From NCBI RefSeq assembly GCF_009914755.1, contig NC_060929.1: DNA of 64,000 nucleotides, one strand, 5' to 3'. Source of the stretch: the human T2T-CHM13v2.0 reference genome, Homo sapiens. The notes beneath the pieces are model-generated. The model was given only the letters and a program-made list of their open reading frames with translations. It searched no databases and was not told the DNA's origin. Shown here one piece after another: positions 1 to 15,774 of the stretch. The stretch's first letter is position 1; every line of letters begins with the position of its first letter. A program made the position numbers and the translations under genes.

Positions 1-340
1 GATCTTCTGTCTGACGTTCTATCTGTTATTGAAGGTAGGCATTAAAGTCTCCTATTATTATTTTATGGCTGTCTATTTTACCCTTTGGTCTGTTAATGTT
101 TGCTTTATATATTTAGATATTCTGATGTTGGGGCATATATATTTATGATTATTACATTTTCCTAGTGGATTGACCCTTTTATCATTATAAAATGTCCTCA
201 TTTGTCTCTCATGAGAGATTTTGACTTAAAGTCTATTTTGTCTGGTCTCACTATAGCCAATCCTGAACTCTTTCATTTACCACTTGAATGGGCTACCTTT
301 TTCAGCCCTTCACTTTAATCCTATGTGAGCCCTTAAATAT
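1..340 (-). mobile_element. Old L1 (L1M) fragment, antisense
   Basis: T-rich antisense L1 motifs such as 'ttgacccttttatcattataaaatgtcc' and 'ttgacttaaagtctattttgtctg'. Confidence 0.75.
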
Positions 341-344
341 GAAG

Positions 345-541
345 TTCAGGTAACTGGAAACTCTCTCAAACAAATCATTTTTGGTTTTGGAAACTTCATT
401 ACATTATCCTGATTGATTAAATCATTGGCACTGGAAATCACCTAATGGCTTTATGTGTGTGTATATATATTAAAATAGATTAATATGTGATATATATATA
501 TACACACACACACACACATATATATATATTTCACAGCATCA
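345..541 (-). mobile_element. MER21-type LTR fragment with internal (TA)n(CA)n
   Basis: 'aacttcattacattatcctgattgattaaatcattggc' resembles MER21; 'atatatatttcacagcatca' is the reverse complement of the LTR 5' end. Confidence 0.6.
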
Positions 542-1010
542 GTTATCCCACCTCTCCATGATCCCTTTCATCAAAATGATCATCTAAGTCAAAAGGTACT
601 GATACATTACTAGAATTCCATTCAGTCATGAGTAATTAGTGCAGCCTATCATCATATCATATGGAAATGTGTCTCACGCAGAGGACACTCAGGTTTGCAG
701 CCTCTCATTTAGTCTTGTCAGGTTCCAAACACAGGAGTAGTCTTGGAAAAGATACAGCTTCACCCTTTAGGCATGTGATATAATTGAGCTAAAGACAATA
801 TCATCTTTTGCTCTGAGCCTCTTCTGAGATGTTAATGTAATATTGGATTTCCCTCAATTCATAACCCAGTTATTTATGTCTTTATCTCAGCTATTATTTC
901 TCTCTCCATTGATATCCAAACTTTTTACCTTTGGATGGGACATTAGAATTAGCAACTATGCTAGTCTAGACATTAGGCAGTAATACCAGTTTAGCAAGTA
1001 CCTCCTCCTC
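542..1010 (-). mobile_element. MER21-type ERV internal 3' end
   Basis: Directly abuts the LTR start; 'cccacctctcc' reads as a polypurine tract on the minus strand. Right boundary approximate. Confidence 0.45.
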
Positions 1011-1989
1011 AATATATATTTGTTGACATTTTTCTACATTTACCAGTGTTATAACTATTAAATAATGGTGACCAACCAGAGTAAAAAGAACACAGTGTTG
1101 TTCATAAAATGAATTTTGCTAGTTGTATAATATGAAACTCGTAAATAGTACCTGGACATTTGTACCTTTACTTTGGAGGAACATAGATTATACAGCTAAT
1201 AATAATCATATTGTAATTGCTAATTTTCATTTATTTTAAACTGTATATTTCCATGTAATATATAAAGGTGTTCTTATGTATTTTTATTTGATAATCAAAA
1301 ACTTAAAATTAACATTTCTCTATAAACAATCAATCTATGCAGTTTGCTGAACTGGACAATTATTTTCCTTTCTGTAGAAATTCATTTTTATCAAAATAGT
1401 TTAAATCTGATTCATCACATTACTAAAAATTTCTAAAACCCTAACACCTTCTTGTGGTCCTTTATTAGTAATGTAGTTTAAAAGTGCACCTTACTCAGCA
1501 ATCTTTTCTGTAGTAGGTCCAATTTTTGGACTTTTATTTTCAACTTCCGGAATTCTGACATTGATTTCTTAATAACAAATGATGCATGCTGGGATAGAGC
1601 ATATAGCTTCCAGAAGAACCTCATGGGAATAATGCCTTCAAAATTCTTTGCACACCAATGTATTAAAAGGTACTTCCTTTGCATTTTATACTATGCCTTG
1701 ACAATGATAAAGGCAGATTGAGTTTGGGATTCTGGTTCTCACTCAGATTTCACAACTCAGTTCTTGGCATTTGATTCACTACAAGGTTTATTGCTTATCT
1801 TTATTATCCTCTAAGATGATGCCCCAACCCCCGAACCGTGTTCTGCAAATTTCACTTTATACTTAATGATCTCATGTTGGCTTCTGTGCATATCTTAGAA
1901 TTAAAATCAAGTGCATTTTGTAAGATTACTAAAGCACATGTATTTTCATCACCTAAATATTAACATAATAAGTTTAAAATTTCAAAATG

Positions 1990-2560
1990 TGGCTTCCTTT
2001 AACCTATCTCTTTCAAAATTTTAATATTCTATAATGACACAACCCAGTCAGCAGAACTCAAAACCCCCTTAACTTCTCCCTCTCCTTCATTCCCTACTGG
2101 CTAGCAGTGTCCAATTTCTCTCTATTTTGCTCTGATACCTCTTTTCACCCATTCTCTCTATAAGAAGCTCACACACTCCTGACTGCTTCAAGGCCCATTA
2201 AATCCAGAAAATGTTTCTTAGATCTCCTAAAGTTGAACTCTTTTTTGTTCTCTGCCAAAATACCCACAGAATCATAGAAAACATGGTGTTAAAGCAGTCT
2301 AAGAGATCTAATCTAACTCTTTGTCTGTGTTTTCCTGAAAGAGAGCTCGGTTTGTGTCTTCCTTGACATCTGGCTCAAAATTCACCATGGCTTCCTCTAA
2401 CTGAAATTAAGTTCAAACACTTCAGCTTGTCATTTAAACTTGGAACCATCTGCAGCCAATTCGTCTCTCTGTCTTTGTTGCTTTCCACTCCTGACTAGGA
2501 TTTGTACACTCCAGCTTGCCCATCTTACCCCTTTCTAGTCATGTACTAATATATTTTTCT
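1990..2560 (+). mobile_element. Degenerate L2 fragments
   Basis: Pyrimidine-rich L2-like motifs ('ggctcaaaattcaccatggcttcc...gttcaaacacttcagcttgtcattt'). Confidence 0.45.
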
Positions 2561-2984
2561 TTTCCAACCCCCATCTATCAATATTTGATTCATACCAGTC
2601 CATATTTATCTAATGTTACTATAGCTAAAGATAACTTCAATCTTTGAGTTATACATATGTATGTACATAGCTATTGCTATGTACATACAGCATGGCTCAT
2701 CACCATCTTGTGTACCATACTAGAATAAATACCACTTTGTCTTTCTTTCCTATCAAGATAGTAATCTTCTTGAAACATTAGACTATCTATATTAGGCTCA
2801 CATCTTTTTCTTCTATCGAGCACTTCCAATTGAGCTTTACATATAGGAGTTTTGAATAAATCTTTGATGAGTGAGTGAATTATATCAAAAGATAGCTTTT
2901 TATTGGCCTTCCAATTATCCTTTTGGAATCTTTCAGAATACAGGCACTGAGCTCGTAACTTTCCCAGCCTCAAGAAAAAAAAAT

Positions 2985-3050
2985 ACATATATAATATATA
3001 TATATAATATATATATTATATATATAACATATCTATCTATATATAATATG
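2985..3050. repeat. (TA)n-rich low-complexity tract
   Basis: Seen directly. Confidence 0.9.
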
Positions 3051-3800
3051 TACACTGATATTTTTCATGGGTCTCTATGTTTTAATGACCATGTTCCAGA
3101 GATCTTTATTTTATTTGCTCTGTACTGTTTTGTGCAGTTCTAGCAATATTATTTTCCCTCTCTGAATGGCAGTTCTGTACCTGCAAATGATAAAATCATA
3201 GGTTCAGTGACTTCCTATAGTGAATAATAAGATGATTGCCATTTCAGTAGTGATAAAAGCATCTTTACAAAATACACACTCAAAAACAAACAAAAAAGTG
3301 ATGATATGCTGCTTTGCTTTTTAATCTTCTTATCTTTTTTATATAAAAATCCCATCCCACATGTTTTTCTCCTTGGCATAAAAATAATGAACTTCTAGGA
3401 GAAAAAATCTCTCTAACTGATTTTTATCATGATGTTAGTGTCCTCAGTTTTCATATTATAAAGAAAAAAAGCATGTTATTTACTACTTTACTTATTCATG
3501 AATTAATTTATGAAAGAGTATATAGTTTTATAAGTCATTCTAAATTTTATATGTTAACTTCTTAGTTTAGTTTTAACTTAAGGTAAGAACAATCCAATTT
3601 GTACTAAAATGTCATATTTCCTTTTCACCCTTAGCTACAATACGATGTAAACATTTACCCACAAGACTAAGTTTCACTTTCCAGGTTCATATGATCAAGA
3701 TAATCTTACTCCATCTTTTTTCTGCCACAAGGAATGGAAAAGCATGTTAAAGAGTTTAAGAATGAAAATTAACACATCTGGAGAGTCTGCAGTAAACATG

Positions 3801-4379
3801 GATGATGGTTAATTTTATGTGTCAATTTGGCTGGGCTAAGGGATGCCCAGATGGCTGAGAAAACATTATTTCTGGAGGAGTCTGAGAGGTTGTAGCTGAA
3901 AGAGATTAGCATTTGACTCAGTAGACTGAGCACAGAAGATCCACCCTCACCAATGTAGCCATCATCCAATGCATCCAAAGCACAGAGTGCCCAAATGGAA
4001 CAACAAAGGAAGAGGAAGGGCAAGGAAGAAATCTTCTTCAGTTGATCTATCTTCTCCTGTCCTCAGACATCAGAGCTCCTGGTTCTTGGGCACCCCCATC
4101 CCATACCTGCACACTCCTCTCCCTGTTTTTAGGCCATTGGCCTCTGTCTGGACTGAGAGTTCACACAGTTCCCTTGAATCCCTTGATTCTCAGGACTTCA
4201 GACTCAGACTGGAACCACACCACTAGCTTTCCTGTTCTCTAACCTGCAGATGGAAGATCTTGGGAGTTCTTTTTCTCCTTAATCGTGTGAGTGAATTCTC
4301 ATAATAAATCTCCTTTTATATACCTGTAATTATATATGTTCTATTGGTTCTACTTCCCTGGAAAACCACAACTAATGCA
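3801..4379 (+). mobile_element. MLT2 (MLT2D-like) ERVL solo LTR
   Basis: Starts 'tgatggttaattttatgtgtcaa...gggctaagggatgcccagat', ends 'actaatgca'; 5-bp TSD acatg/acgtg. Confidence 0.85.
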
Positions 4380-4777
4380 ACGTGGTTGTGCAATATGACT
4401 TAACATATATGAGTTTAAGCTTAGACTTGTTTCCATCTTAATACCTACATTATAGGTATTTCAAAACTTCTACGACTACATGGTACAAGTCTACAACGAA
4501 ACATCTCCCTTAAATATCTAAATTTTGTTTAACTATTTAGCATATCCATAGTTTTAAAATGCATTCTTGTGAAAAAAAATAACATAAATATTTTTAATTA
4601 AATGCTGACTTTTGCCTTATATAAAATTACCTAACTTAGTAATGTAGCCTATATGCAAGTTTTTTTTCTTTCTTCTTTAATCCAAGAAAACACTTATTAA
4701 GTTCCAATTTTGTACCAGATTCTATCCTTGTCACTGGAGATGTAAAATTAAGTAAAGCACGCTTCAGCCAACAAAGG

Positions 4778-4917
4778 GCTTACAGCTTAGAGGAAGGAGA
4801 CACAAGTTTACATAAGAGAAGACAATCCCATTTCACTGGTGTGGGAAACAGCTTACAGCTTAGAGGAAGGAGACACAAGTTTACGTAAGAGAAGACAACC
4901 TCATTTCACTAGTGTGG
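4778..4917. repeat. Two-copy tandem duplication (67-bp copies, period 73)
   Basis: Copies start at 4778 and 4851, with 4 mismatches. Confidence 0.95.
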
Positions 4918-4938
4918 TATCTTATACAATTAGAAAAT

Positions 4939-5020
4939 ATATTAAACTGAGCCATATGAAAATGTGATTTTGTAAGTCAAGAGTGGTCGAATATCAAAAA
5001 CTTGATGTGGCTCTACTTAC
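4939..5020 (-). mobile_element. MADE2 mariner-derived MITE
   Basis: ~80-bp element with degenerate TIRs and core 'ttttgtaagtcaagagtggtcgaatatc'. Confidence 0.7.
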
Positions 5021-5121
5021 AGAAAGGAATAAACAACTCTAAAGGAAGAAGAATGATGATTAGAAATAAAACAACTCTTGAATAACGAATCCACATTCTC
5101 TAGACCAGGTGAAATACAAAT

Positions 5122-5557
5122 TGTGTCTGTCTTAGACTTGTTTGTCTTTAGATCTATTTCATTCTTCCTCTTTTCTTTGTCACAAAGGAAAGACGCATTT
5201 AAGCTGCGGTTTGGCCAACTGAGGCATTATCAGGGGCTTGGAAGATAGCACTTCTATATCTCTTGAGGTGTCTTTGTCAGTGTGTGTATGTCTTCTCAGT
5301 GGCTAAAACTTCTACTGGGCAAACTCACCATTATTTCTGGTTTTTCTACATGACCAAAAACCCTTAGGTGCTGGTAATATTATCTCCTTCCTTTGTCCCT
5401 CTAGTTGAGGATTTGCAATGTCCTTCTGCTATTATGAATCCCCAGTTGTCCCATTGCCCTGCCTAGCTTTTCAGGTTTTTAAAATTACCTGCTTTAAATT
5501 ATCTCAGATTTACATATGTGTAATATTTTGTCTTAATGGTAAACTTTGACTGATACA
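5122..5557 (+). mobile_element. LTR33-like ERVL LTR
   Basis: Contains 'tttggccaactgaggca' and 'tctccttcctttgtccctctag'; ends 'tgactgataca'. Confidence 0.6.
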
Positions 5558-7519
5558 AAATAAGGAGCCAATGTGCTCACATCTCTTTCATTTTCTCAAT
5601 TAATTGCTTAAGTCTGCATCTGCCTGGTTGGCAGGAAATTCAAGACTTTCCTCCTCACTCTGTTTTCTTCACTAACCTTGAGGAATAATGTAATCCAGAT
5701 ATGTGTTGACCTTGAAAGGGAGCAGATCAAATTCTCATTGTTGAACAGCTGTCCTATAGGTAGACTTATATTATATAACAGAACATGGTGAGCCATTACT
5801 ATAATGGCATCTTGCTGATCTACATCCTAGCATAAACCACCACCACATGCCCCTGAAGAAGAATCATCCCATTCCTTCAAAGCTGCCTTAGCCAAGATGC
5901 CCCGTTCTTGGGGTCTGTTGTTCCCTTTTCTAATGTTCAGGTCATTGGACTATGCTACGTGTCAAGGGTCTGTTAGCCACATGACAGCCAGCAAAGGAGT
6001 ATCTGGGATGAAGCTCCACAACATGCAAAACTTCCTCCCTTACTTTGTCTGAGTCCACAAAAAGTTGAAGCCCTTTACCAATTAGACCTGGAAACATAAA
6101 GTGAACTATACAACTTCCTCCCCCTGGAGAATCGTTCTACTCACACATCTTCCTGAGGAGGGATGCTTTTCAGTGCCTTCGGAGGACTGGCCGACGATTC
6201 CAAAGTATCTGACTATGAGGAGAGGTTTCTTCCATTGATTTGCAGGCTATTTTCTGTCCTACAGAGCTGGCAAATTCCCTTTGCTAAATAAAAAGAAAAA
6301 CAAGCTAAAGGTAAAATGTAAGACCTCTCTGACAAGCTTTCCTTTACTCCAGGATTTCTGTTACAGGGGAATGATCATTCCAAGAAGAGACATGGCACTG
6401 TGAAACAACAGGGGGGTTTTGGGGATTCTAGTTGTAGATGGCTAAACTAGGAGTAGGCTAAAAGGCATAGAGAAAAATGATATGAAAGTAGGGGCAGAAA
6501 AATCAAACTATACTTTCCTTAAGTAAAATCTGTTTCATATCAATACAATGTTTTAAAATCTCCTGTGAGAAATAAGATAGTTGCTTTTTTTCTTTAACAC
6601 AGAGGAACTGTTATTTTCTCTATATTCTTAAAGTGGTTCATCCCAGCACAACTCAGTTGTTAGCCTCAGTTTCCAGTTCTAATATTTATACTGATTACTG
6701 GTCTGACCTGAGGAGTATGCAGGAATGTGAGAAAAAAATTGACATGTTACCCTGAAGATTTTCATATCAAAGAGTTAATTTAACCAAAGTTATCTATTGG
6801 GATAGAGAATAAAAGTGGAAGCCATGAGAACAGTTAGAATTTATTAAAATGCACACATGTAAAATGGTCCTGAGCTTTAGTGGCTACATAGACATTACAG
6901 GAAACTGGATTCCAGACACATTAGAAACATCAATTTTTGAAATGTTGTGGATAATACTAAAATGTAAATAAAGAAGAAATATTACTGTCAGGATTCCAGA
7001 CATTAAAAAAGACATAAAGGCTCTGTAATCAGAAGTACAGCTACCTGGAGGAAAGATTTATCAGAGAAGTGAGATAATCCATTCCTGACCATAGGCCATC
7101 ATTTCTGTCTGAATACCTCTGCTCTTCAGAGACATTTCTTTCCTTCAAGAACAACATCTGATCCACCACCGTCCTAGGAAAGATAAAGGTCATACTTGCC
7201 CAACCTCCTTGATTTCTTTAGAGACAAACATGATTAAGCCTATTGACCAATCATTAAGCTAAAGATTTGTACTGCTTCTAAATGAGCTTCCCTCATCTCA
7301 TCAAGTACTATTCTTTTCTAGTAACTAGGAAGCCTTAATTTTAGCCAAGATACTTTCTGCCAAGTAACCGTGATCCTAAGAATAATTTGTCAGTCTCTGA
7401 CCTCTTGATGGCACTGATGGCTAGATGTAAGAGTTTAACAAAATATATAAACCAGGCTATGTAAAATATATTCAAGATATATATTCAAGACTTCTTCTAG
7501 AAATACAGACATTAACATT

Positions 7520-7635
7520 TTGCCCAGAAATTCTGACTCGGGGGGTCTGAGTGTGTCTAAGAAACCTATTTTAGTGGAATATCCCAAGAATATTCTGATG
7601 AAGATTGTCCATGGACCATGCTGAGATACGCTGCA
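7520..7635. mobile_element. MER5-type hAT fragment
   Basis: 'ttctgactcggggggtctg...ttctgatgaagattgtccatggacca'. Confidence 0.4.
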
Positions 7636-9639
7636 CCAGGGAAAATAACCAGAAACACGTGGATATTTGGGTTCAAATAGCTGGCCTTCTTATTCAATGC
7701 CAGTGGGTCAGTGTCCTTGAGATAGTCTTTCTCCTGAAAAGCTGTTGGTCTAAAAACTTTGTAATTAACACATTTCTAAAGAACTTCTTCGTGATTCTAC
7801 TTTTTCGGGACTAGAACCTTGAGTTGCTGATGACCTTTTGATGTAAGAAACCAAACATGATTTTCAGAGTACGGCCATGCAAGGTGTATATATGTATATA
7901 TAATCTACTTATCTGCTAAAATTGGGATTCAGATGGAATCAACTCACATATGAGTAATATAAAAAGACATCATAAGAAAAAATAAGCCTATGTATGTTTA
8001 TTTTTACTTCTTGAAAGAAAAAGAATAAGTTTCCTTAAATGGCTCTAAGAGATTTTCTGGGGTATCAACCCAATATCATTTAACTGGATTATGCTGCTCA
8101 AGCTCAGGAATCATTAACATTCTTTATTTATTGAGTTACAGTGAATCAGTCTGAATGATGTAACATTGAATGACAAAATAAATCAAATTTTTTGTCTCCT
8201 AGTATTTGTCCTTTTTTTAATAATTAGTGATGAGAAATAAAGATTATACTAACTATAATTTCTTTATTATCATTTTAAAGATAGGGAGATAGTATAAATA
8301 AGCTTACGTAAACAGACTTTTCAAATGTATATTGACTTGGCTGAAACTTCAAGTTTTGGACTGCACAGGGAAACAGCAATGATTCCTCAAGTCATAGGAA
8401 GAAGGGGAAAATAGACATTTTGTAGGGATCAACTTAGGACTGAGTTCCTATTTCCAAGACACTTGTTTGGGGAACGCTTGCTTCTTGGAGACATATTGCA
8501 GAAACTATCACAAAGCAATAATAGCCTGAGTGCTTACACTTTGGCATGAAATTGGTCATGAGATCTTTAAAACATTGATGGAAAATAGCACATTATTTTT
8601 ATTTTGTTAAATTAAGTTACTTTCTACACATGGATTTACATTGCTCTTTGTTTTCAACGTACTGTGTATTCTTGGAGAAATATGTGCATTTATTCTTATT
8701 TAAGCTATTGTACAAAGGAAATAAGGAGTTGAGCTCCAGAAGGTTATCAAAGTAATGGACAACGATTGGTCTCTTCCTCACATTGCAGCATCATTAAAAA
8801 AGAAACTATTCTGGCTAGGCATGGTGTAGTTTGACCTTTAACACTAATATCACCACATGTGACAAATTAACCCACAGTGTAAGAAACGCTAAGCAATGAA
8901 AGTGCTCTTCTTTTATTACATAATTTACAGAGAATAAAATGTGAGAAAACAACCCTCATCTACATACATGTACCTCCTCTATGAAAGCTGAACTATTATA
9001 ATGTGAAATGATTGTCTTTGGAGACGATAGGTGGAATTACATCCTTATGGGAAGGATATGGGGGAATCTGTTCAAGGATATATGCATTTCCACTGCCAAT
9101 TATGTGGAATAGTATGAGACACAGAAAGAAACAAAACAAAAATGAGTCATTGGAAAGCAGACCGAAACCATGAAGAGACATGTTTTCTTTCTCTGAATCT
9201 TGCTTTCATTGGCTTTGATTCTAAGGACACCAGTTATTATTAGGAGTGCTGTCTGCAGGTTGAGAAAAAGCAGCCTCTGGCATTTTAAACCAGGTTTAGA
9301 GCTAGATAAAAATGAGTCGCAAACCTGGTAGATTGAAGCCATGTTGATGGAGTGGTAGGCATCGTATAGTGGGTACCATGAAGATGGGCTGCTCAATACC
9401 TGAACTTTCAAAGAAGTCAATATCCAGCATTTCCTCATACTCCATTAGTAAGTATGGTTATATAGACTTTTTTATACTCTTCCAATTTCTTTAATATGAG
9501 GCATTAACTCAGCTTCCACTGGAGACATAAATTGCTCTCTAGGTATCATTCCCTTATTTAATCTCCCACGTGTTAGTAGTGTTATATATCATAAATTCTT
9601 CGCCAGACCACAGGATAATCATATGTAAAAAGGGGAGGG

Positions 9640-11250
<1,611 letters not shown>

Positions 11251-11289
11251 TTTTTTAAATTATTTAGAAGTTTGGAGAAAAGTAAGGTT

Positions 11290-12060
11290 TTGAAAAGATG
11301 TTGCAAAAAGAAGATATATGGAATAAGCATACGTAAAAATATTCACCACTAATCATCAGAAAAACATTAATTAAAACACATTGAGATACTACTAGACAGC
11401 TATAAGAATGGCTAAAATTTAAAAGGCAAACAATTGTAAGTGTTGATGAGATTGTGGAGTAAACAGGACCTTTCATACCTTGATGACAGGAATGTAAAAT
11501 TGTACAACCACTTTGAATAACAATTTGGCAGTTTCTTATACTATATAACCCAATAATTCCATTCCAAAGTATTCAGCCAAGATAAATTAAAGCACATATC
11601 CATACAAAGACCTATGTCAATGAATCTTCAAAGTAGCTTTATCTATAATAGCCAAAAACTAGAAACAAATCAAATGTCTAACAACCAGTGAATGGACATA
11701 TAGTGGTATATCCATCCAATTGAATACTACCGAGTAATAAAAAAGATTGGATTCCTGATAGGTGCAATATCATGGGTGAGTCCAAAACCATCATGCTAAA
11801 CAAAAGATACCAAAATTAAAAGAGTACATTTATATGAAAGTGTAGAATAGCAAACTAATGTTAGTTTCAGAAAACACTGGAGGTAGAACAATTGACAGCA
11901 AAGATGAGTGAAGTTTTGAGGTTGTTGGAAATATCTCAAATCTTCTCCATTGTGGTGTATGTACACATGGGTGTGTACATTTGTCAAAACTTACAGAACT
12001 GTGATCTTAAAATGAGAGTGTTTAATTGTAAGTACTTTAAACTCAATATAGTCAATTAAA
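11290..12060 (+). mobile_element. L1ME-like 3' end
   Basis: 'gaatgtaaaattgtacaaccactttg', 'aatagccaaaaactagaaacaa', 3'UTR 'tacatttgtcaaaacttacagaactgtg'. Confidence 0.8.
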
Positions 12061-12372
12061 TATGAAAACATGAATTGCCGTGATGAGCTCTGCTGTGAAA
12101 AATGTAGAGCGTTCCATGCTTGGGAACAAGGTGGTAAATTACAGGATGGTGTCTCCTCAAGTGTGAAGGAGACCAGCAGTTCTAGGTCATTGTTCTGTAC
12201 CTCCCCAGGGGATAGAGGTGTGTTTGACACAGGAATAGCCTCTGTCATCACTGAAGCCAGGCAGAAAGGAAAGTGAGAAAGGTAAAGAAAAAAACCAGGG
12301 TCAAAAAAAAAAGAAAAGAAAAGAAAAAGAAAAAAGTCACAGACCTGGTCTTAGAATTGGAAGTTTTTTTTT

Positions 12373-12504
12373 AGAGTGATTACATATCTTGGGTTTCCAG
12401 GGATCATTTCCTGTTTATTACTACTGTCCTAATGTAGTTACTAATAGTGCCCCCTTGTACTCTGGAAGGATATTGCAGGTAGAATCTTAATATTACAGTC
12501 ACCA
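12373..12504 (+). mobile_element. MER94 hAT-Blackjack MITE
   Basis: 'gagtgattacatatc...ctaatagtgcccccttgtactct...cagtcacc' with degenerate TIRs. Confidence 0.6.
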
Positions 12505-14729
12505 ATCTTGCCATATATTCAATACTAATGATTAGAATCACAGCTGATATGGGAGATCAGCTTACTGTTTCTTAACAAGTTTTGACTATTTCTTAGGTTT
12601 TTTAACTCCTGTGATATATCCCTTATTCAAAACTGGGAACATTTCTATAGATCATTTTTAGAATTTTTCTAGCTGTTTGTATCTTTGGACCATGTTCCCA
12701 CCTGTTAGGTTTAAACCCCAGAACCACATGCTGAAAGCAAGTCCTTCCTCCTGACCTAGTGCTTGGGACTCACACCTCATATCACACTTTCTTTCTATCT
12801 TCTCTGATTGGCCACCTTATTTCATAGCAGAGTGTAAACCTCATTCTTCATGCTATCTAATATATTTTAAACAATTTTATTAATTTTGTTGTTTAAAAAG
12901 TTTAATTATATTATCAGAGTTTAATTTGAAAATGCTTCCTAAAATATATGAATTTACTTCAAAGTTGAGTTGATCTCATTCATTCTGGGTAATAATAGAA
13001 CTGTATATTCCCCAACTATCTGGACATTCTTTTCGTGATTTTCTAAACTATACATGAATTATATAAAATCTTATAAAATCACATGAATGAATGCTTTTTT
13101 TTTGTTTTGTTTTGTTTTTTAGATGAGAAAGAAGCCCTTGTAACGTGCATTTTACAGTTTCCTCCTGAGTGTTCAAATGCTTGTGACCTAATTGCTGTTA
13201 AATTCTTATGAGTTTAGACTGTGTCAATTATCCTCAAGTACCTCATTCTATGCTCAGAGAGGTATAGGTGTACAATAACGGTTTGCAAGTTAAAATAAAT
13301 TGTATTTGTGATCTGACTGCATAAAATAAGAGTGAAACAAAGAGACAGAAAAAGAGGAAAAGAGAGAGATTGCAAGAAGTTGTACTGCCTGTTTGGGAAG
13401 TGCACAAAGCTAGGAATCTCATATGGTTTATTGAGCATGCTGAAGACAAATCAATAATCAATAATATAGACACAGGATAGCATTAGTATTTGCTATACCC
13501 TGTTTAGGAGGAATTACTATTGTAGTTCAGTGCAGTTCTAACGCATATGGAAAATCAAATTTATTGACAGGAATACTTTACCTTAAAAAGCCATGAAAAC
13601 AAAATGGCAACCCACAGAGATGTCAAAACACAAATGTGTTTACTTTTACTATCCAAAAAGGATATAGTTTTTGATCTATTATCATAAAGTTGCAGAGTAC
13701 ATTAACATTGTTTCACTCTTCTCTTGCTCTGTGTACCACTTTTTGAGGAATATCAAACATAACTGCCTGTTTAACTATCTTTTGAAAGAAAAACAGAAGT
13801 AATTATTGAAATTATCCTACTGCTTTGACATTGTGTTAGTATTGTATCTAGTCACCAGCACCAGTTGCTAAGGGGTGTCTTGTTTGCCGTACACTTTCAT
13901 AAGTCATTTTTTAATTACAAGTGTGCAAGCTAACAGCAATATTAAATTGCTGGAGGAAAAGAGAAAGCAAGAATGAAACCTTATCTAATCTGTAAAATAC
14001 AATGATTAAGTGTACTGTCTTCAGTAAGGTAGTATAGAAAGTCAAACGATGAAATTTCCCATCACGATTCTGAATTATGCAGGGGAGAAATATTCAACAG
14101 CAACATTTAGCAACACTACAAGTGTCAGGGAGCTAGGAGGAAATTGTAAAATGCCCTTTACAAGGGCTTGTCTTACATTAGAAAATAGTTTATTGGAGTG
14201 ATTTTTAATAATATTTTATAAAATTCATGCATAATTTAGAAGAAAAATCACACTAAATTATATTCTTTATTTATAACTTTGGGTAATGTGTCAGTGTTAG
14301 TCTTATTGTTTGAGTAGTTGATTTGGAAAATAATCAAAAACTAACACACAAATCCTTAAATTAAAACTCAAGTAAGAATAAAAAAATTATCTCATAATCC
14401 TAAGGGTTTTTTTAGCTATAATATATTATTGCTTTCATAAAAATCTATGCTCTTCAACTGGCCTATATTTTCTTTGGTGGAGATTTTAGCTACTATATAA
14501 GTAAAACTTAAAGCATGGAAAAAGGCTTTCTTGTAGCTGGACTTGCTTTTCAAATATTCACTCAAAGATCATGGTTTGATTATGTAAACAGTGACCAAAA
14601 AAGAAAAAGGAAGAAAGAAACATGTATGCAGAAACTGAAAAAACAGTAACAAATGCTTGTATTTTAAGATACTTCCCAATTTAGATAACATTTTCCCAGA
14701 TATTACCATGCAGTTCACTCAAATACAGG

Positions 14730-14855
14730 CACTATCATCCCGTTCTATAGATGAAACAACTGAGCAATGGTAAATGTAAGTTGGTTCCTACTCTCACCAG
14801 TCAATAAATAACAGAGCAAAGAGTCAAGCCCAGGTCTTCTATCTCCAAAACTGAA
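14730..14855 (-). mobile_element. MIR
   Basis: Core 'atcccgttctatagatgaaacaactgag'. Confidence 0.65.
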
Positions 14856-15030
14856 TTGTTGCTGTAATTGTAATCTACCGGTTGTTTGCATCCAAACTCT
14901 CCGTGATCTGTTTGAAAAAATGAGATGAGTGGCAACTAATTGTATAAAGCAGGCATAGTTCCAGAACAGCCTCAGATTTGTTAATACCACAAATATTTGG
15001 AATGTCACCAAAATTCATATAGTTTTAAAA

Positions 15031-15070
15031 GTGTGTGTGTGTGTGTGTGTCTGTCTGTGTGTGTCTGTAT
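15031..15070. repeat. (TG)n microsatellite
   Basis: Seen directly. Confidence 0.95.
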
Positions 15071-15082
15071 CTGTTATTACCA

Positions 15083-15218
15083 GAGTACACATTTCAAAAC
15101 AGACCATTTTATAAATATGCTTGCTTATGTAGAGCTATCCATGTTTGGGAAAGTTATTTATGGTCTTAGGATTTTTGGTTGAGAGTAACAAAACAACCTA
15201 TTCAAGATGAAAAATGTT
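15083..15218. repeat. Copy A of a diverged direct repeat (partner at 16990-17122)
   Basis: 61/80 ungapped identity with copy B, plus an identical 20-mer aacaaaacaacctattcaag. Confidence 0.85.
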
Positions 15219-15774
15219 TATCATTGTTTGTCTGCTTTTAAATGTCGTCACACTCAAAATTTCAACATCATATTGCCCATATTTCGTTGTAGTCTGTCTT
15301 TTTCTAGTTTATTCTATTAGAAAGGTTAAAATCAGCATCTGTATTGCTAAGAAACATCTTTGAAAGTGATGGTACCAACAGGTTTCCAAAGGCCCAATGA
15401 TGACACGTAAGGTCACCTGGAAGTGACTGCTTTGACAGTAATTATGTTTATGTATCTTAAAATCAGGCACTCCCCCTCAAAAATAATCCTGTATTCGACC
15501 ACATCTACGGCCATTTCTCTCATGTCATCTACATCTCTTGACTCTCCTATGAGTATTCACTTTACCCTCAAGTTGTTTCTGTGTCTCCTCCCATTAAATG
15601 ATGCACAAAATGTATGATTCTTTTCTCATTTCTCCTATTAGATCTTGGCTTTTGTGCTGCCCTCTCCCCATCCCACCTAAATCCCTGCATCCCACATAAA
15701 TATGAGTGGTCCCCATTTTTTAACTGTGTTGCCTTTTCTTGCTAAACTATTTGTCTTGAGTGAGACTCAAACAA

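Noticed and set aside
14997-15182. Peptide similarity between the two diverged repeat copies (STHFKTDHFINMLAYVEL vs STHVKSGSFVNKLACVEL)
   Set aside because: Many substitutions change amino acids, both frames stop early and there are no clear splice sites, so DNA similarity explains it.
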